From: Candidatus Enterousia sp.
Lineage (GTDB): Bacteria > Pseudomonadota > Alphaproteobacteria > Rs-D84
Assembly (NCBI GenBank): GCA_045645645.1
Contig: JAZRJE010000011.1
Span: forward strand, 210 to 64,209
Length of the DNA stretch: 64,000 nucleotides
Direction of reading: 5' to 3'
Position numbers and translations under genes: made by a program. The notes under the pieces were generated by a model, which saw only the letters and a program-made list of their open reading frames with translations, was not told the DNA's origin and did no database searches. Positions 15,760-26,195 of this stretch are shown here, piece by piece. Numbering within the stretch: the stretch's first letter is position 1; every line of letters starts with the position of its first letter.

Positions 15760-16929
15760 ATGAGAATAAAATATCTAATTTTACCATTGTTACTTATGGG
15801 GACACAAACCTATGCAGCTCAGTATCGTGCCGCAATGGTTGCAGACATGGATACAGGACGTGTATTATATCAAGAAAATGCTAACGAATTGAATTATCCT
15901 GCCAGTCTTACTAAAATTATGACGCTGTATTTGACATTTGACGCGTTGGAGCATGGGCGACTTGCTTTGAACGACTATCTTATTGTGTCCAAGTCGGCCG
16001 CAAATGCTGAACCAGTTAAGTTGGGATTGCCCGCAGGTGCAAAAATAAAGGTTGAAGATGCAATTAAAGCGGTTGCTGTACACAGCGCAAATGACGTAGC
16101 ACAAGTGCTGGCAGAAAACCTAAAAGGGGGCCAAGAAGAATCTTTTGCTGATTTAATGACACGTGTCGCACACGAAATCGGGTTAACGCGTACTAATTTT
16201 GAGAACTCGTCGGGACTGCCAAATGACGAACATATGTCAACTGCGCGTGACATCGCATTATTGTCAATGGCTGTATACAAACACTTTCCACAATATTGGA
16301 AATATTTTGGGATAAAATCTTGGACCTATAATGGCAAAACATACACAAATGGAAATCGCTTATTGACTTCTTTTAATGGGTGTGACGGTATGAAAACTGG
16401 GTACACAAAAAAATCTAAGTATTCGTTGGTTGCAACAGCTCACCGTGGTGACGTGCATTTGATGTCCGTTGTTTTAGGCGCAGAAAACAAGGATGTGCGT
16501 GCAAATGTCGCTGCACAAATATTGAACAAAGGATTTTCATTAATGGGTGCACAACCAAAATCTATTGTTTCTGCACCAGCACCCTCATATTCGCAAACTG
16601 CAGCAGAACCAACAAAATCTGCTTCTACCTTCAATGCAGCATATAACGCTGCTACGTCTGCTACAACACAATCGTATCATTCCCCAGTTGCCGCTGTTCC
16701 AGATACACAGACAGGCATAGCAGGCATTCAGTTTGGGGCTTTTTCATCACGCGATGCAGCAGAAAACCAAATTAAAAGAGTAAAGAACACGTTGGGGGTT
16801 GATGCCGTAATTGAAACAGCTCCTAATGGGATGTATCGTGTGCGAATTAATGGACTGTCAGAAGCCCAGGCACAAAGTATAAAATCTGCTGCAACAACAC
16901 ATGGAATTGACAGCTACGTTTTTCATTAG
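15760..16929 (+). CDS. D-alanyl-D-alanine carboxypeptidase (PBP5/S11 type) with C-terminal SPOR domain
   Basis: Signal peptide, SxxK 'SLTKIM', SxN 'SAN', KTG 'KTGYT', and a SPOR-like C-terminus 'GIQFGAFSSRDAAENQIKRV...YRVRINGL'. Confidence 0.85.
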   Translation: MRIKYLILPLLLMGTQTYAAQYRAAMVADMDTGRVLYQENANELNYPASLTKIMTLYLTFDALEHGRLALNDYLIVSKSAANAEPVKLGLPAGAKIKVEDAIKAVAVHSANDVAQVLAENLKGGQEESFADLMTRVAHEIGLTRTNFENSSGLPNDEHMSTARDIALLSMAVYKHFPQYWKYFGIKSWTYNGKTYTNGNRLLTSFNGCDGMKTGYTKKSKYSLVATAHRGDVHLMSVVLGAENKDVRANVAAQILNKGFSLMGAQPKSIVSAPAPSYSQTAAEPTKSASTFNAAYNAATSATTQSYHSPVAAVPDTQTGIAGIQFGAFSSRDAAENQIKRVKNTLGVDAVIETAPNGMYRVRINGLSEAQAQSIKSAATTHGIDSYVFH

Positions 16930-16944
16930 TATTGTATGGTGGTT

Positions 16945-17541
16945 ATGAATCCAAAAATAGATAAGTTAATTAAGATTTTTGCAAAACTACCGCGTGTTGG
17001 GGCACGTGGCGGTCAACGTATTGCATTGGCTTTGTTACAAGATAAAACTGGACGTGCAGTGAATTTAGCCACAGCATTGATTGACGCTGCAGAAACAATC
17101 GCACCATGTGCATGTTGCGGTGTTCTGACAAACAAAGGTAGTTTATGCGAATTTTGCATCAACGAAAATCGTGCAAATGGGCAGTTGTGTATTGTTCGCG
17201 ATTTAGCTGATGTTTGGACATTAGAAAAATCATCTGTTTTTCATGGACGCTATCACATAATAGGCGGTTTATTATCTGGGGCTGGTGGTGTGTTACCAGA
17301 AGATTTAAACATAAAAAACCTTGCCACACGAATTAAAAACGAGAACTTTACAGAAATTATATTTGCTTTGCCTAATACTGTTGAAGGCAAAACAACACAA
17401 CATTATATAATGTCCGCAATTGGACCTGATCCAACCATAAGTTTTTCAGAGTTGGCATCAGGTGTACCATTGGGGGGTGATTTGGATTACATTGATGATG
17501 GCACTTTGACATTGGCTTTTGGGGGACGTAAATCATTATGA
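16945..17541 (+). CDS. recR: Recombination protein RecR
   Basis: 'KLPRVGARGGQRIALALL', C4 zinc finger 'CACCG...CEFC' and a Toprim region 'LCIVRDLADV'. Confidence 0.85.
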   Translation: MNPKIDKLIKIFAKLPRVGARGGQRIALALLQDKTGRAVNLATALIDAAETIAPCACCGVLTNKGSLCEFCINENRANGQLCIVRDLADVWTLEKSSVFHGRYHIIGGLLSGAGGVLPEDLNIKNLATRIKNENFTEIIFALPNTVEGKTTQHYIMSAIGPDPTISFSELASGVPLGGDLDYIDDGTLTLAFGGRKSL

Positions 17542-18362
17542 TTAATAAAATTACATCATTACCCCCAGTATCAACAATGATGCGCGATGCGGGGCTGGAA
17601 CCAAAAAAACAATTTGGTCAGAATTTTTTGTTTGATTTAAATCTGACAGGACGTATTGCACACAGTGTTCCAGATATAGCAAATGACACAGTGATAGAAG
17701 TTGGCCCAGGCCCAGCAGGATTGACACGTGCACTTTTGTTGGCAGGGGCAAAAAAAGTTATTGCAATTGAAAAAGATAAAACAACACAACCTATTCTGAC
17801 ACAGGTTATAGATGCATCAGATGGTAGACTAAGCGTTATTTATGATGATGCATTACGAGTAGACTTTTCATCACTGGGGGTTGATGAATATTCAATATGC
17901 GCTAATCTGCCATATAATGTTGGAACACAATTATTAATCGGTTGGTTACATAAAATAGCCGCCAAGGAACATATTAAGTCCATGACCCTGATGTTCCAGC
18001 GAGAAGTTGCTTGTCGCATAACGGCACATCCTGGGGATGAGCACTATGGACGTTTAGCAGTTTTAACTTCTTTGATTGCAGATGCCAAGATTTTGTTTGA
18101 TGTACCAAATACCGCATTCGTTCCGCGCCCACGCGTACAAAGTGCTGTTGTACAAATTATCCCAAACAAAGAAAAAATTTCAAAAATAAAAGACTTGAAT
18201 AAAATTGAACAAATAACAGCTAAATTATTTGGTCAACGACGCAAAATGATCCGCGCAATTATGCCAGGAATTCAATGGGAAAAATATGGTTTGAATGGAA
18301 CGGAACGTGCAGAAAACATTAAACCAGAAACATTTGCATTGATGGCCAATGATTTGCTATAG
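17538..18362 (+). CDS. rsmA: 16S rRNA (adenine1518/1519-N6)-dimethyltransferase
   Basis: 'KKQFGQNFLFDLNLTGRI', 'VIEVGPGPAGLTRALL', 'ANLPYNVGT'. Confidence 0.9.
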   Translation: MINKITSLPPVSTMMRDAGLEPKKQFGQNFLFDLNLTGRIAHSVPDIANDTVIEVGPGPAGLTRALLLAGAKKVIAIEKDKTTQPILTQVIDASDGRLSVIYDDALRVDFSSLGVDEYSICANLPYNVGTQLLIGWLHKIAAKEHIKSMTLMFQREVACRITAHPGDEHYGRLAVLTSLIADAKILFDVPNTAFVPRPRVQSAVVQIIPNKEKISKIKDLNKIEQITAKLFGQRRKMIRAIMPGIQWEKYGLNGTERAENIKPETFALMANDLL

Positions 18363-18401
18363 TCTTTGTGTGTATGTAATGCTAGATTGGGAGGGGGATA
18401 C

Positions 18402-20108
18402 ATGCCAATATCTGTTTTAATATTTTTAGGTGTTATTTTTGTATTGGTGTACGCATTACGCACAATGCGCATCAGTGCATTGGTCGCTTTTCTGTTGGCT
18501 GGTCTGCTGTCTGGTCCATACGTTTTTGACTTATTTGAGCTAAATCAAACCTGGCAATTCCTGGGGGATATTGGAATTTTATTTTTGTGGTTTACGATTG
18601 GCTTGGAAATAAACATGCGACGTCTGTGGAATTTACGTCATACAATATTTGGTTTTGGAGCTGCTCAGGTAATGATGGTTGCAGTAATGTTGTTTCCCAT
18701 ATTATTTGGCATCACAGTATGGTCAATTATGGGATGTATCATGGTGTCTTTGATGTTAGCAATGTCCAGCACATCATCTGCGATGGATTTGCTGATGTCA
18801 CAAAACCAGTTAAACACAAATATGGGACGTCAAACATTTTCGATTCTATTATTCCAAGATCTGTTATCTATACCACTGTTGGCGATGTTGCCTGTTTTTG
18901 CTGGAAAAAGTTTTAATCTGGGTGCCAGCGCAATTGATGTTATTGTTATTTCAGCCGCACTATTAATTAGTGTTGTAATTATAGGACGCTTTGTATTAAA
19001 CCCACTATTAAAACTGGTTGGAAAACTTAAATCTAAAGAAGCTTTTTTGTTGGCAATAATGCTTAACATTGTTATATGGGCGGCTTTATTAGATGCCATG
19101 GGGTTGCCAGCGGGGCTTGGGGCGTTCTTGGCAGGAATGCTGATGTCAGAAACCGTGTATCGTCACCAGATTGATGCGCAAATAGAACCATATGCAACAT
19201 TATTCTTGGCACTATTCTTTATTGTGTTGGGCATGGGATTGGATCTTACAATCCTGTTAAACAATTGGTATATTGTGTTTGGTGGTTTGATTGGACTGGT
19301 AGCAATAAAATTTATTGCAATTTTTATTGTTGCACGTGTCAGAAATGTTGATATTCCAGACGCAACAATGATTGCATTGTTGCTGACACAGGGGGGCGAA
19401 TTTGCTTTATTAATGCTTCAAACTTTAAAATCTGCTGGGATTGACGCCATCCCTGTTCCTCATCAGGAAATACTGTCTGCTATTATAGTACTGTCAATCA
19501 TGACAACACCAGTATTGTTGACTGTCTATAATTATCTTAGACGTAAAGGTAAGCTGATGCCGCATCGATTTGTTCGTGATTTTGACAAAGATAACCCAGA
19601 CATAAAACCAGTTGTTATGATTTGTGGTTTTGGACGCGTCGGACAAATTATCGCACAGATACTGACTTCGCAAAAAATTCCTTATATCGCAATAGATTTG
19701 GATTTAAGTGCAATTATTGTTGGACGCGAAAAAGGATATAATGTTGTATATGGTGACGCAACAAACGACGCAGTTCTGCGAAGCTTTGGATTGGGGGCAC
19801 GTGGCTTACGTACAGTTGTTGTTGCATTGGATAATGCGGCAACAGCACGTCAGTCTGTTTTAGCAGCACACACTGTCGCACCAAGAGCAAAAATATTTGC
19901 ACGTGCACGGAATTTGACAGAATCCCAAACACTTATAAAAGATGGTGCTGTTACAGCAATGCCAGAAACAATCGAATCTTCATTTGTATTGAGTCGCATT
20001 TTATTAGAACACTTGGGCAAATCAGACAAAGATATACAACATCTGATGGAAGACTTGAGAAAAAATAACTATGCAAAGATAGACAAGCAGATTTCTGATA
20101 AACAATGA
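18402..20108 (+). CDS. CPA2-family monovalent cation:proton antiporter with TrkA-N (KTN) domain (KefB/KefC-like)
   Basis: About 12 TM segments, then 'VVMICGFGRVGQIIAQIL' as a Rossmann KTN domain. Start taken at ATG 18402 after RBS gggaggggg. Confidence 0.8.
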   Translation: MPISVLIFLGVIFVLVYALRTMRISALVAFLLAGLLSGPYVFDLFELNQTWQFLGDIGILFLWFTIGLEINMRRLWNLRHTIFGFGAAQVMMVAVMLFPILFGITVWSIMGCIMVSLMLAMSSTSSAMDLLMSQNQLNTNMGRQTFSILLFQDLLSIPLLAMLPVFAGKSFNLGASAIDVIVISAALLISVVIIGRFVLNPLLKLVGKLKSKEAFLLAIMLNIVIWAALLDAMGLPAGLGAFLAGMLMSETVYRHQIDAQIEPYATLFLALFFIVLGMGLDLTILLNNWYIVFGGLIGLVAIKFIAIFIVARVRNVDIPDATMIALLLTQGGEFALLMLQTLKSAGIDAIPVPHQEILSAIIVLSIMTTPVLLTVYNYLRRKGKLMPHRFVRDFDKDNPDIKPVVMICGFGRVGQIIAQILTSQKIPYIAIDLDLSAIIVGREKGYNVVYGDATNDAVLRSFGLGARGLRTVVVALDNAATARQSVLAAHTVAPRAKIFARARNLTESQTLIKDGAVTAMPETIESSFVLSRILLEHLGKSDKDIQHLMEDLRKNNYAKIDKQISDKQ

Positions 20109-20125
20109 TTAAATTATAAAAACAA

Positions 20126-20150
20126 GTCCCCAAATGGGGACATTTTATTT
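20126..20150 (+). terminator. Intrinsic terminator after the kef-like gene
   Basis: gtcccc-aaat-ggggac followed by attttattt. Confidence 0.55.
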
Positions 20151-20199
20151 GCTTTTATAGTGTCAGATTGCTATATTCTATGCAGATAGGAACAAAGCT

Positions 20200-20739
20200 A
20201 TGAAAAAGACATTAAAAATACTGTCAATAATAATCGGTGTAATTGCACTGGACACGCTCACAAAAGGCTGTTTGCTGTATCTGATATTGGGATACACACC
20301 TGTTGCAGGAGCGGCATGGGAATTGATACCAAACCCATATTTAATGGCGTATGTTACCAGATTTTTTAACATTGTGTTCACATGGAATTTTGGAACAGCC
20401 TTCTCTATGTTCAATGGACTGGGGGAATATGCACCACTTGTGTTGGTTATTATGACAGGATTTGTGATTGGGGGCATTTTGTACTATCTGTTTGCACGTG
20501 CAAAAAAATATGAACTTATACCGATGGCATTAATTGCTGGAGGCGCATTGGGAAATCTGATAGACAGAATCCGCTTTGGTGCGGTCGTTGACTTTTTAGA
20601 CTTTCACATCGGCGCATATCACTGGCCTGCATTTAACGTTGCTGATATTTGCATCGTTATCGGGGTCGGACTGTATATCTTAAATTGGTATAGCGCACGT
20701 CGTACATGTTTAAAAAATATTAATAAAGGTGGCAAGTAA
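20200..20739 (+). CDS. lspA: Lipoprotein signal peptidase II
   Basis: 'NFGTAFSMF', 'GGALGNLIDR', 'FNVADICIVIG'. Confidence 0.9.
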   Translation: MKKTLKILSIIIGVIALDTLTKGCLLYLILGYTPVAGAAWELIPNPYLMAYVTRFFNIVFTWNFGTAFSMFNGLGEYAPLVLVIMTGFVIGGILYYLFARAKKYELIPMALIAGGALGNLIDRIRFGAVVDFLDFHIGAYHWPAFNVADICIVIGVGLYILNWYSARRTCLKNINKGGK

Positions 20740-20741
20740 TT

Positions 20742-22301
20742 ATGGTTCAATATTTGGATAAAAATTCTGGTTTTGCACAGTGGAATGCAAACAAGAACGC
20801 AAATGCAAAAAAATCACCTATGTCTGGATTTATGTGGTGGTTCTTGATTTTCGTTGGTGTTTGGTGGTTGCTGGGAACGTTAATGACCCCAAAGACAACA
20901 AACGTCATCAGCGATAATACACCCAGTGTGGACATATCGAATGTACCTGTGTCCACTGTTAAAAATGACGACATCAGCTTTAATGTTCAAGGTTTGCGGA
21001 TTTATGATATAAGTCTGGAAAAATTTGATGTATCCGCAAATGACGCAACACACGTGAAATTGCTGGGCGATGGCGGATATGCCGAATTTGGATTGGTTGC
21101 CAATGGTACAACTGCACCAACAGCCACAACAATATGGAAAAATAAAGACGGAAATCTATACTGGCGTAATTCGGATGGCGTAGAATTTAACCGAACAATA
21201 ACGACAGATCAATATGTTATCCAAGTTTCTGATACAATAAAAAATGCAACAAAGCAGAATATATTTGTGGCACCATATGGTCACATGACACGAAAAAATG
21301 ATATTCGCAACTCTGCTGGCGTGTCGGTTGGGGCAGTCACATATGAAAATAACAACATGGAACGTCTTGACTGGCGTAAAATAGATAAGCGTTCATACGC
21401 ATACACGACAACAAGTGGTTTTATTGGCTTTGCAGACCAATATTGGGAAACTGTTATGTCATTATCTGTATTGGATCAAACAATGACATTAAAAAAGCTG
21501 TCTGATATGTATGGAGCAGATGTTGCAACACAACCAAAATCAATTGCCCCAGGAGAAACAGCAACTATTTCATATACTATGTATGCAGGACCACTGGAAC
21601 AGAATGCACTGGATGTGGCTAATAAATATATCACTGGAATTGATAAAACAATTGATTATGGATGGTTCGGCTTTTTGGCCAGACCAATGCTGTGGTTTAT
21701 TAATACATTAAATGCAATCGTAATGAATTATGGAATCGCAATTATATTAATGACACTGATATTGCGCATGTTAATGTGGCCGTTAACACGCAAATCATAT
21801 ACTTCTATGATCGCGATGCAAAAGATGCAACCAGAAATGCAACGTATTCAGAAATTATATGCAAATGATAAAATGCGTCTGCAAATGGAAATGATGAAGT
21901 TGTATCAAACACACAAGACATCACCTATGTCTGGCTGCCTGCCAATGCTGATTCAGATCCCGATATTCTTTGCATTATATAAAGCACTGTTGGTGTCTGT
22001 ACAAATGCGCAGTGCTAACTTCTTGTGGATATCAGATTTGGCTGTAATGGACCCTTACTTTATATTACCGATATTAATGGGGGCAACAATGTGGTGGCAG
22101 CAATATCTGCAAAGCTCTTCACGCGGAAAATCCAGCGATAAAAATGATATCACAGCCCAAACGCAGAAAATGATGCGATGGATGCCTGTGTTGTTTACAA
22201 TCATGTTTGCATGGATGCCTGCTGGACTGGTTTTGTATTGGACGGCATCTAATATATTTGGTATTATTCAAATGTATATAATAAAGAAAACAGGTAAATA
22301 A
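20742..22301 (+). CDS. yidC: Membrane protein insertase YidC
   Basis: 519 aa. N-terminal TM and periplasmic domain, then 60KD_IMP core 'GIAIILMTLILRMLMWPLTRKSYTSMIAMQKMQPEMQRIQ'. Confidence 0.9.
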   Translation: MVQYLDKNSGFAQWNANKNANAKKSPMSGFMWWFLIFVGVWWLLGTLMTPKTTNVISDNTPSVDISNVPVSTVKNDDISFNVQGLRIYDISLEKFDVSANDATHVKLLGDGGYAEFGLVANGTTAPTATTIWKNKDGNLYWRNSDGVEFNRTITTDQYVIQVSDTIKNATKQNIFVAPYGHMTRKNDIRNSAGVSVGAVTYENNNMERLDWRKIDKRSYAYTTTSGFIGFADQYWETVMSLSVLDQTMTLKKLSDMYGADVATQPKSIAPGETATISYTMYAGPLEQNALDVANKYITGIDKTIDYGWFGFLARPMLWFINTLNAIVMNYGIAIILMTLILRMLMWPLTRKSYTSMIAMQKMQPEMQRIQKLYANDKMRLQMEMMKLYQTHKTSPMSGCLPMLIQIPIFFALYKALLVSVQMRSANFLWISDLAVMDPYFILPILMGATMWWQQYLQSSSRGKSSDKNDITAQTQKMMRWMPVLFTIMFAWMPAGLVLYWTASNIFGIIQMYIIKKTGK

Positions 22302-22304
22302 AAG

Positions 22305-22326
22305 TCCCCCAAACGGGGGATTTTTT
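22305..22326 (+). terminator. Intrinsic terminator between convergent yidC and parC
   Basis: tccccc-aaac-ggggga followed by T6. Confidence 0.6.
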
Positions 22327-24556
22327 ATTTACCGAATTTTCCACTGCGCGGGAATCCAACTGGGATTGTACGCCCCTGAGATGCCCGTTTGGCAACCCAA
22401 GGCTTCCAATCCGACATCTTTGTTGTTCCACGACCCGTTGTCCAACCAAAGCCATCAGCAGCATCAAAAAACATAACATCCAAAACATACGTACGCTCAG
22501 CATTATATTTTTGTAAAATAACACCTTTGCCACGTGACATTTGTGGTATTTCAGACGTTGCAAATATCAACAGTTTATCATTAGAACCAGACATTGCAAC
22601 CATATCACCCGTGACACGAACACACATAATCGCAGGATCTTTGGTGTCAACATTCATAACCTGTTTGCCATTACGGGTCTGAGCCAAACACGCATCGCCA
22701 GATACAATAAATCCAACACCATGACGCCCAACAACCAAATACTTGGCATTCATATCAAGTACAAATGCATTAACAATCGTCTCGTCAGCACCAATATCTG
22801 CCATCATACGAACAGATTCACCAAAGCCACGGGCAGACGGCAATTCGTTCGCAGACAAAGTAAACATTTTGCCACCAGATGCAAACAAGTTAACTTTATC
22901 TGTTGACATCGCATGAAATGCAAATTGTAATTCATCACCCTCTTTGAACTTTAAGTCCAATGCGTTTAAATCCATATGGCCTTTTGCCGCACGAATCCAA
23001 CCCATCGTTGATAAAATTATCGTTAATGGCTCTTTCTCAATGAATTCATCCGCATCAACAACAACTTCTTCTGTTTGTTCTGCCCATGTTGTACGACGAC
23101 GTCCCAACGCTGTCTTTTTGTCATAACGTTTTTTAATGTCCGCAAACCAAGCCTTTAGCTGTTCATTCTGCATTTCTGGATTTTCCATCAGTTCTTGCAG
23201 TTGACGCTGTTCTTCACGCAAAGCAGCATCTTCACGTTTAATTTCCATTTCTTCCAATTTACGTAAAGAACGCAAGCGAGTATTTAAGATTGCCTCTACC
23301 TGAATTTCTGTCAAATTGAATTCGGCAGTCAATACAGCTTTTGCATCATCTTCTGTCCTGATAATTTCTATAACCCTGTCTAAATTCAGGTAAACAACCA
23401 GCAGCCCACCAAGTATTTCTAAGCGTCGGGCAATGTTATTCAAACGCCATGTCGTGCGACGCAGCAAAACTTCTTTTTGATGCGCAACAAATTCACGCAA
23501 CACATCACCAATTGGCATTACACGTGGCGCACCATTAGAGTCAATGACATTGAAGTTCATGTTAAATCTGGACTCAAGATCCGTCATAGCAAACAAATGA
23601 GCCATCATTTTGTCCGCTGGGATATTCCTTGTTTTTGGCGTAATGACAATCCGCACATCTGTCGTGGATTCATCAACAATATCATCAACCAATGGTAATT
23701 TTTTAGCGTCTATTAAAGCGGCAATTTGTTCAACTAGCTTCGATTTTACAATACCATACGGAATTTCTGTAATTACAACTTGATAGCTGCCACGCTCTAA
23801 TTCTTCAACAGACCAACGGGCACGAATGCGAAATGCGCCACGACCTGTATCATAATTTTTTACAATTGTTTCAAAAGAATCTATCAACACACCACCAGTC
23901 GGAAAATCTGGTCCAATCATTTTTTTCATAATCTGGACAGTCGTAGATTCTGGTTTATCAACAACCAGTGATAACGCATCACAAACCTCTGCTACGTTAT
24001 GTGTCGGAATATTTGTCGCCATACCAACAGCAATCCCCATTCCACCATTAGCTAGCAAATTTGGAAAGGCCCCAGGCATAACAACAGGTTCCATTGTTGT
24101 GCCGTCAAAATTTGGCATCATGTCAACACTGGATTCATCCAGCCCTTCCATAATTAACATGGCTGCATCTGTCATCTTAGATTCAGTGTATCGATAAGCC
24201 GCCTGGGGATCACCATCAATATTACCAAAATTCCCCTGTCCATCAATTAATGGATAGCGCACGGAAAAATCCTGGGCCAGACGAACCATCGCATCATAAA
24301 CAGAAGCATCCCCATGTGGATGATAATGACCCAACACATCACCAACAACCGTTGCACATTTACGAAATGCCGCATTCGGCGACAACTTCTGACGCAACAT
24401 AGAATATAAAATACGACGATGCACAGGCTTTAACCCGTCACGAACATCAGGCAACGCACGTGAAACAATCGTACTGACCGCATAAGACAGATAGCGTTCT
24501 GATAACGCATCTGACAACTGTTGAGAATCTATTCTTTCGATAATTTCTTTAACCAT
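22325..24556 (-). CDS. parC: DNA topoisomerase IV subunit A
   Basis: 743 aa. 'LPDVRDGLKPVHRRILYSM', 'HPHGDASVYDAMVRLAQDF', active-site 'AYRYTESKM'. The length fits ParC rather than GyrA. Confidence 0.85.
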   Translation of the reverse strand: MVKEIIERIDSQQLSDALSERYLSYAVSTIVSRALPDVRDGLKPVHRRILYSMLRQKLSPNAAFRKCATVVGDVLGHYHPHGDASVYDAMVRLAQDFSVRYPLIDGQGNFGNIDGDPQAAYRYTESKMTDAAMLIMEGLDESSVDMMPNFDGTTMEPVVMPGAFPNLLANGGMGIAVGMATNIPTHNVAEVCDALSLVVDKPESTTVQIMKKMIGPDFPTGGVLIDSFETIVKNYDTGRGAFRIRARWSVEELERGSYQVVITEIPYGIVKSKLVEQIAALIDAKKLPLVDDIVDESTTDVRIVITPKTRNIPADKMMAHLFAMTDLESRFNMNFNVIDSNGAPRVMPIGDVLREFVAHQKEVLLRRTTWRLNNIARRLEILGGLLVVYLNLDRVIEIIRTEDDAKAVLTAEFNLTEIQVEAILNTRLRSLRKLEEMEIKREDAALREEQRQLQELMENPEMQNEQLKAWFADIKKRYDKKTALGRRRTTWAEQTEEVVVDADEFIEKEPLTIILSTMGWIRAAKGHMDLNALDLKFKEGDELQFAFHAMSTDKVNLFASGGKMFTLSANELPSARGFGESVRMMADIGADETIVNAFVLDMNAKYLVVGRHGVGFIVSGDACLAQTRNGKQVMNVDTKDPAIMCVRVTGDMVAMSGSNDKLLIFATSEIPQMSRGKGVILQKYNAERTYVLDVMFFDAADGFGWTTGRGTTKMSDWKPWVAKRASQGRTIPVGFPRSGKFGK

Positions 24557-24633
24557 AGCATATGAAATTTAAAACATTTGAAAAAAAATAACAACAGAAA
24601 AAATGCCCGCTATATCTGTGCGAGCTTTTATTT

Positions 24634-24912
24634 TCACTGAGCAATCTTGTGTTTTATCTCACGTATGCGGGCTAATATTTCTTTTAAATCTTCATCCGTA
24701 ACCGTCGGGGAACTTTTAGACCTGACCTCATCCGCAAGAACGATGCACAGTGTTGCCAATAGCGAACTTTCTGGCAAAGGCCCAATTTTGTCTAAAATCT
24801 GGCGTGCACGCGCATCAACCATTTTACCCAATTCGATAAGACGAGCCTCCTGACCGTCTTCGCAACCCATGGGATAATTTTTATTCACAATTGGTATAGA
24901 AACAACACTCAT
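24634..24912 (-). CDS. zapA: Cell division protein ZapA
   Basis: 92 aa. The pattern 'V.I.I..K.Y...C.DGQE..L..L...V' is typical of ZapA. It is coupled to an upstream DUF4164-like gene. Confidence 0.65.
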   Translation of the reverse strand: MSVVSIPIVNKNYPMGCEDGQEARLIELGKMVDARARQILDKIGPLPESSLLATLCIVLADEVRSKSSPTVTDEDLKEILARIREIKHKIAQ

Positions 24913-25118
24913 GATAATTTCTTTAGTATGCTTATGGATTTATCTATCAAATCTGTCGCCCGTGCGTTCTTGTCACGCAAGACACGAACCTGTTCAGTTA
25001 AAATAGCGACTTCTAAATCAGTCTGCTTGCCAGCGGCAACCGCTGTGCCACGCAATGCTGTCGCCGCAGTTTCCAAGGATGCTAATTCCTGAAAAATCTG
25101 TTCTTTAATATCTGCCAT
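24909..25118 (-). CDS. DUF4164-like coiled-coil protein (ZapA partner in alphaproteobacteria)
   Basis: 69-aa coiled coil with a 4-nt overlap with zapA. This linkage is typical of alphaproteobacteria, recalled from memory. Confidence 0.45.
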   Translation of the reverse strand: MADIKEQIFQELASLETAATALRGTAVAAGKQTDLEVAILTEQVRVLRDKNARATDLIDKSISILKKLS

Positions 25119-25202
25119 AATTGCAGTTTAAGATATTTTTTATATGCGTTCAACCTTAAAATATGATATAATGTTCTGGTAAATTGTGGGGGACTGGATT
25201 CA

Positions 25203-26186
25203 ATGAAAACTAAAATCATCTATATTTCTGGAAATGAACTGTTTGAAATCTCTGAAATTCGGGCTGCTTTCGAAGAAGTACGAAAGACATTGGGATTGGA
25301 TAAGGATACGATATTGTTTGGTGTACCTGTGGATACAGATAATGCGATACTTCAGACCAATGCTCCAGAAATACAATCTGTAGAACAAAAGCGCGTAGAA
25401 ATTGTCGAAAACACCCCATGTTTGGAAACTGCTTCAGAAATAATAGAGCCATGTATAGCACAAGAAGAGATTGGTTCTGATGAAAATGATATGATTGTAG
25501 AAGATGTAGTTGAAATATCATCAGAAAATAATGAGATATATGTTGAACCACAACCAAATGTAGAAGAATTTGTCACAGATAGTGAAAGCGAAACGGTTAT
25601 TCCGATACTATCTGTTCTGGGGGGAACACAGACACAAGAAGAAGAAAACATCGAAGATAAAAACACAACAACAGTCGATATACAGACTGTTGATGAAATA
25701 GAAGTACCCGCAGAAAACACTACAGATGAAATTGAAACAGATACATTAAAAATATCAATAGAAGAAGTGGTCGCAGCCCAAGTACCAGTTGAAGAAAAAG
25801 AAAAAACACTGGAAGAACTGCTGGAAAGTATGACGCCACTGGGTGAAGATTTAATTAGTGAACCACAAGTAGAATCTGCAGATATAGAAAACGACATTGA
25901 TGATGACAGCTTTTCCGTTTCAATGACAGATGAACTAGCCGACACAGATGCAACATTGGCACAGCTAGCAAATGAATTTGCACAGACACAAGATCAAATT
26001 CCTGAAACACCAAAAGCATCAGGAAGTGGCAAAATTAGTAAATTGAAAAATATATTACCATTTAAAAAGGCCAAACGTGATGACAATGGGTTAATGGGTG
26101 ACTTATTTGGTTGGGCGGGTATTGCCGCAAATGACGAGGATTTTTCAATACCAGGATTCTTTACCAGTGCTGGTGGGCAAAAATAA
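25203..26186 (+). CDS. Highly acidic low-complexity protein with conserved-looking termini (hypothetical)
   Basis: 327 aa. The central approx. 200 aa are rich in E, D, T, V and I. The C-terminus is 'LMGDLFGWAGIAANDEDFSIPGFF'. Confidence 0.55.
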   Translation: MKTKIIYISGNELFEISEIRAAFEEVRKTLGLDKDTILFGVPVDTDNAILQTNAPEIQSVEQKRVEIVENTPCLETASEIIEPCIAQEEIGSDENDMIVEDVVEISSENNEIYVEPQPNVEEFVTDSESETVIPILSVLGGTQTQEEENIEDKNTTTVDIQTVDEIEVPAENTTDEIETDTLKISIEEVVAAQVPVEEKEKTLEELLESMTPLGEDLISEPQVESADIENDIDDDSFSVSMTDELADTDATLAQLANEFAQTQDQIPETPKASGSGKISKLKNILPFKKAKRDDNGLMGDLFGWAGIAANDEDFSIPGFFTSAGGQK

Positions 26187-26195
26187 TACACGTGA

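Noticed and set aside
24557-24633. 6S RNA (ssrS) downstream of zapA, as in enterobacteria
   Set aside because: Only about 77 nt of AT-rich spacer lie between zapA and parC, which is too short and unstructured.
25352-25945. 197-aa Ser-rich minus-strand ORF antisense to the acidic protein gene
   Set aside because: It is a complement-strand artefact of the GAA/GAT-rich low-complexity coding region. It has no RBS or operon context.
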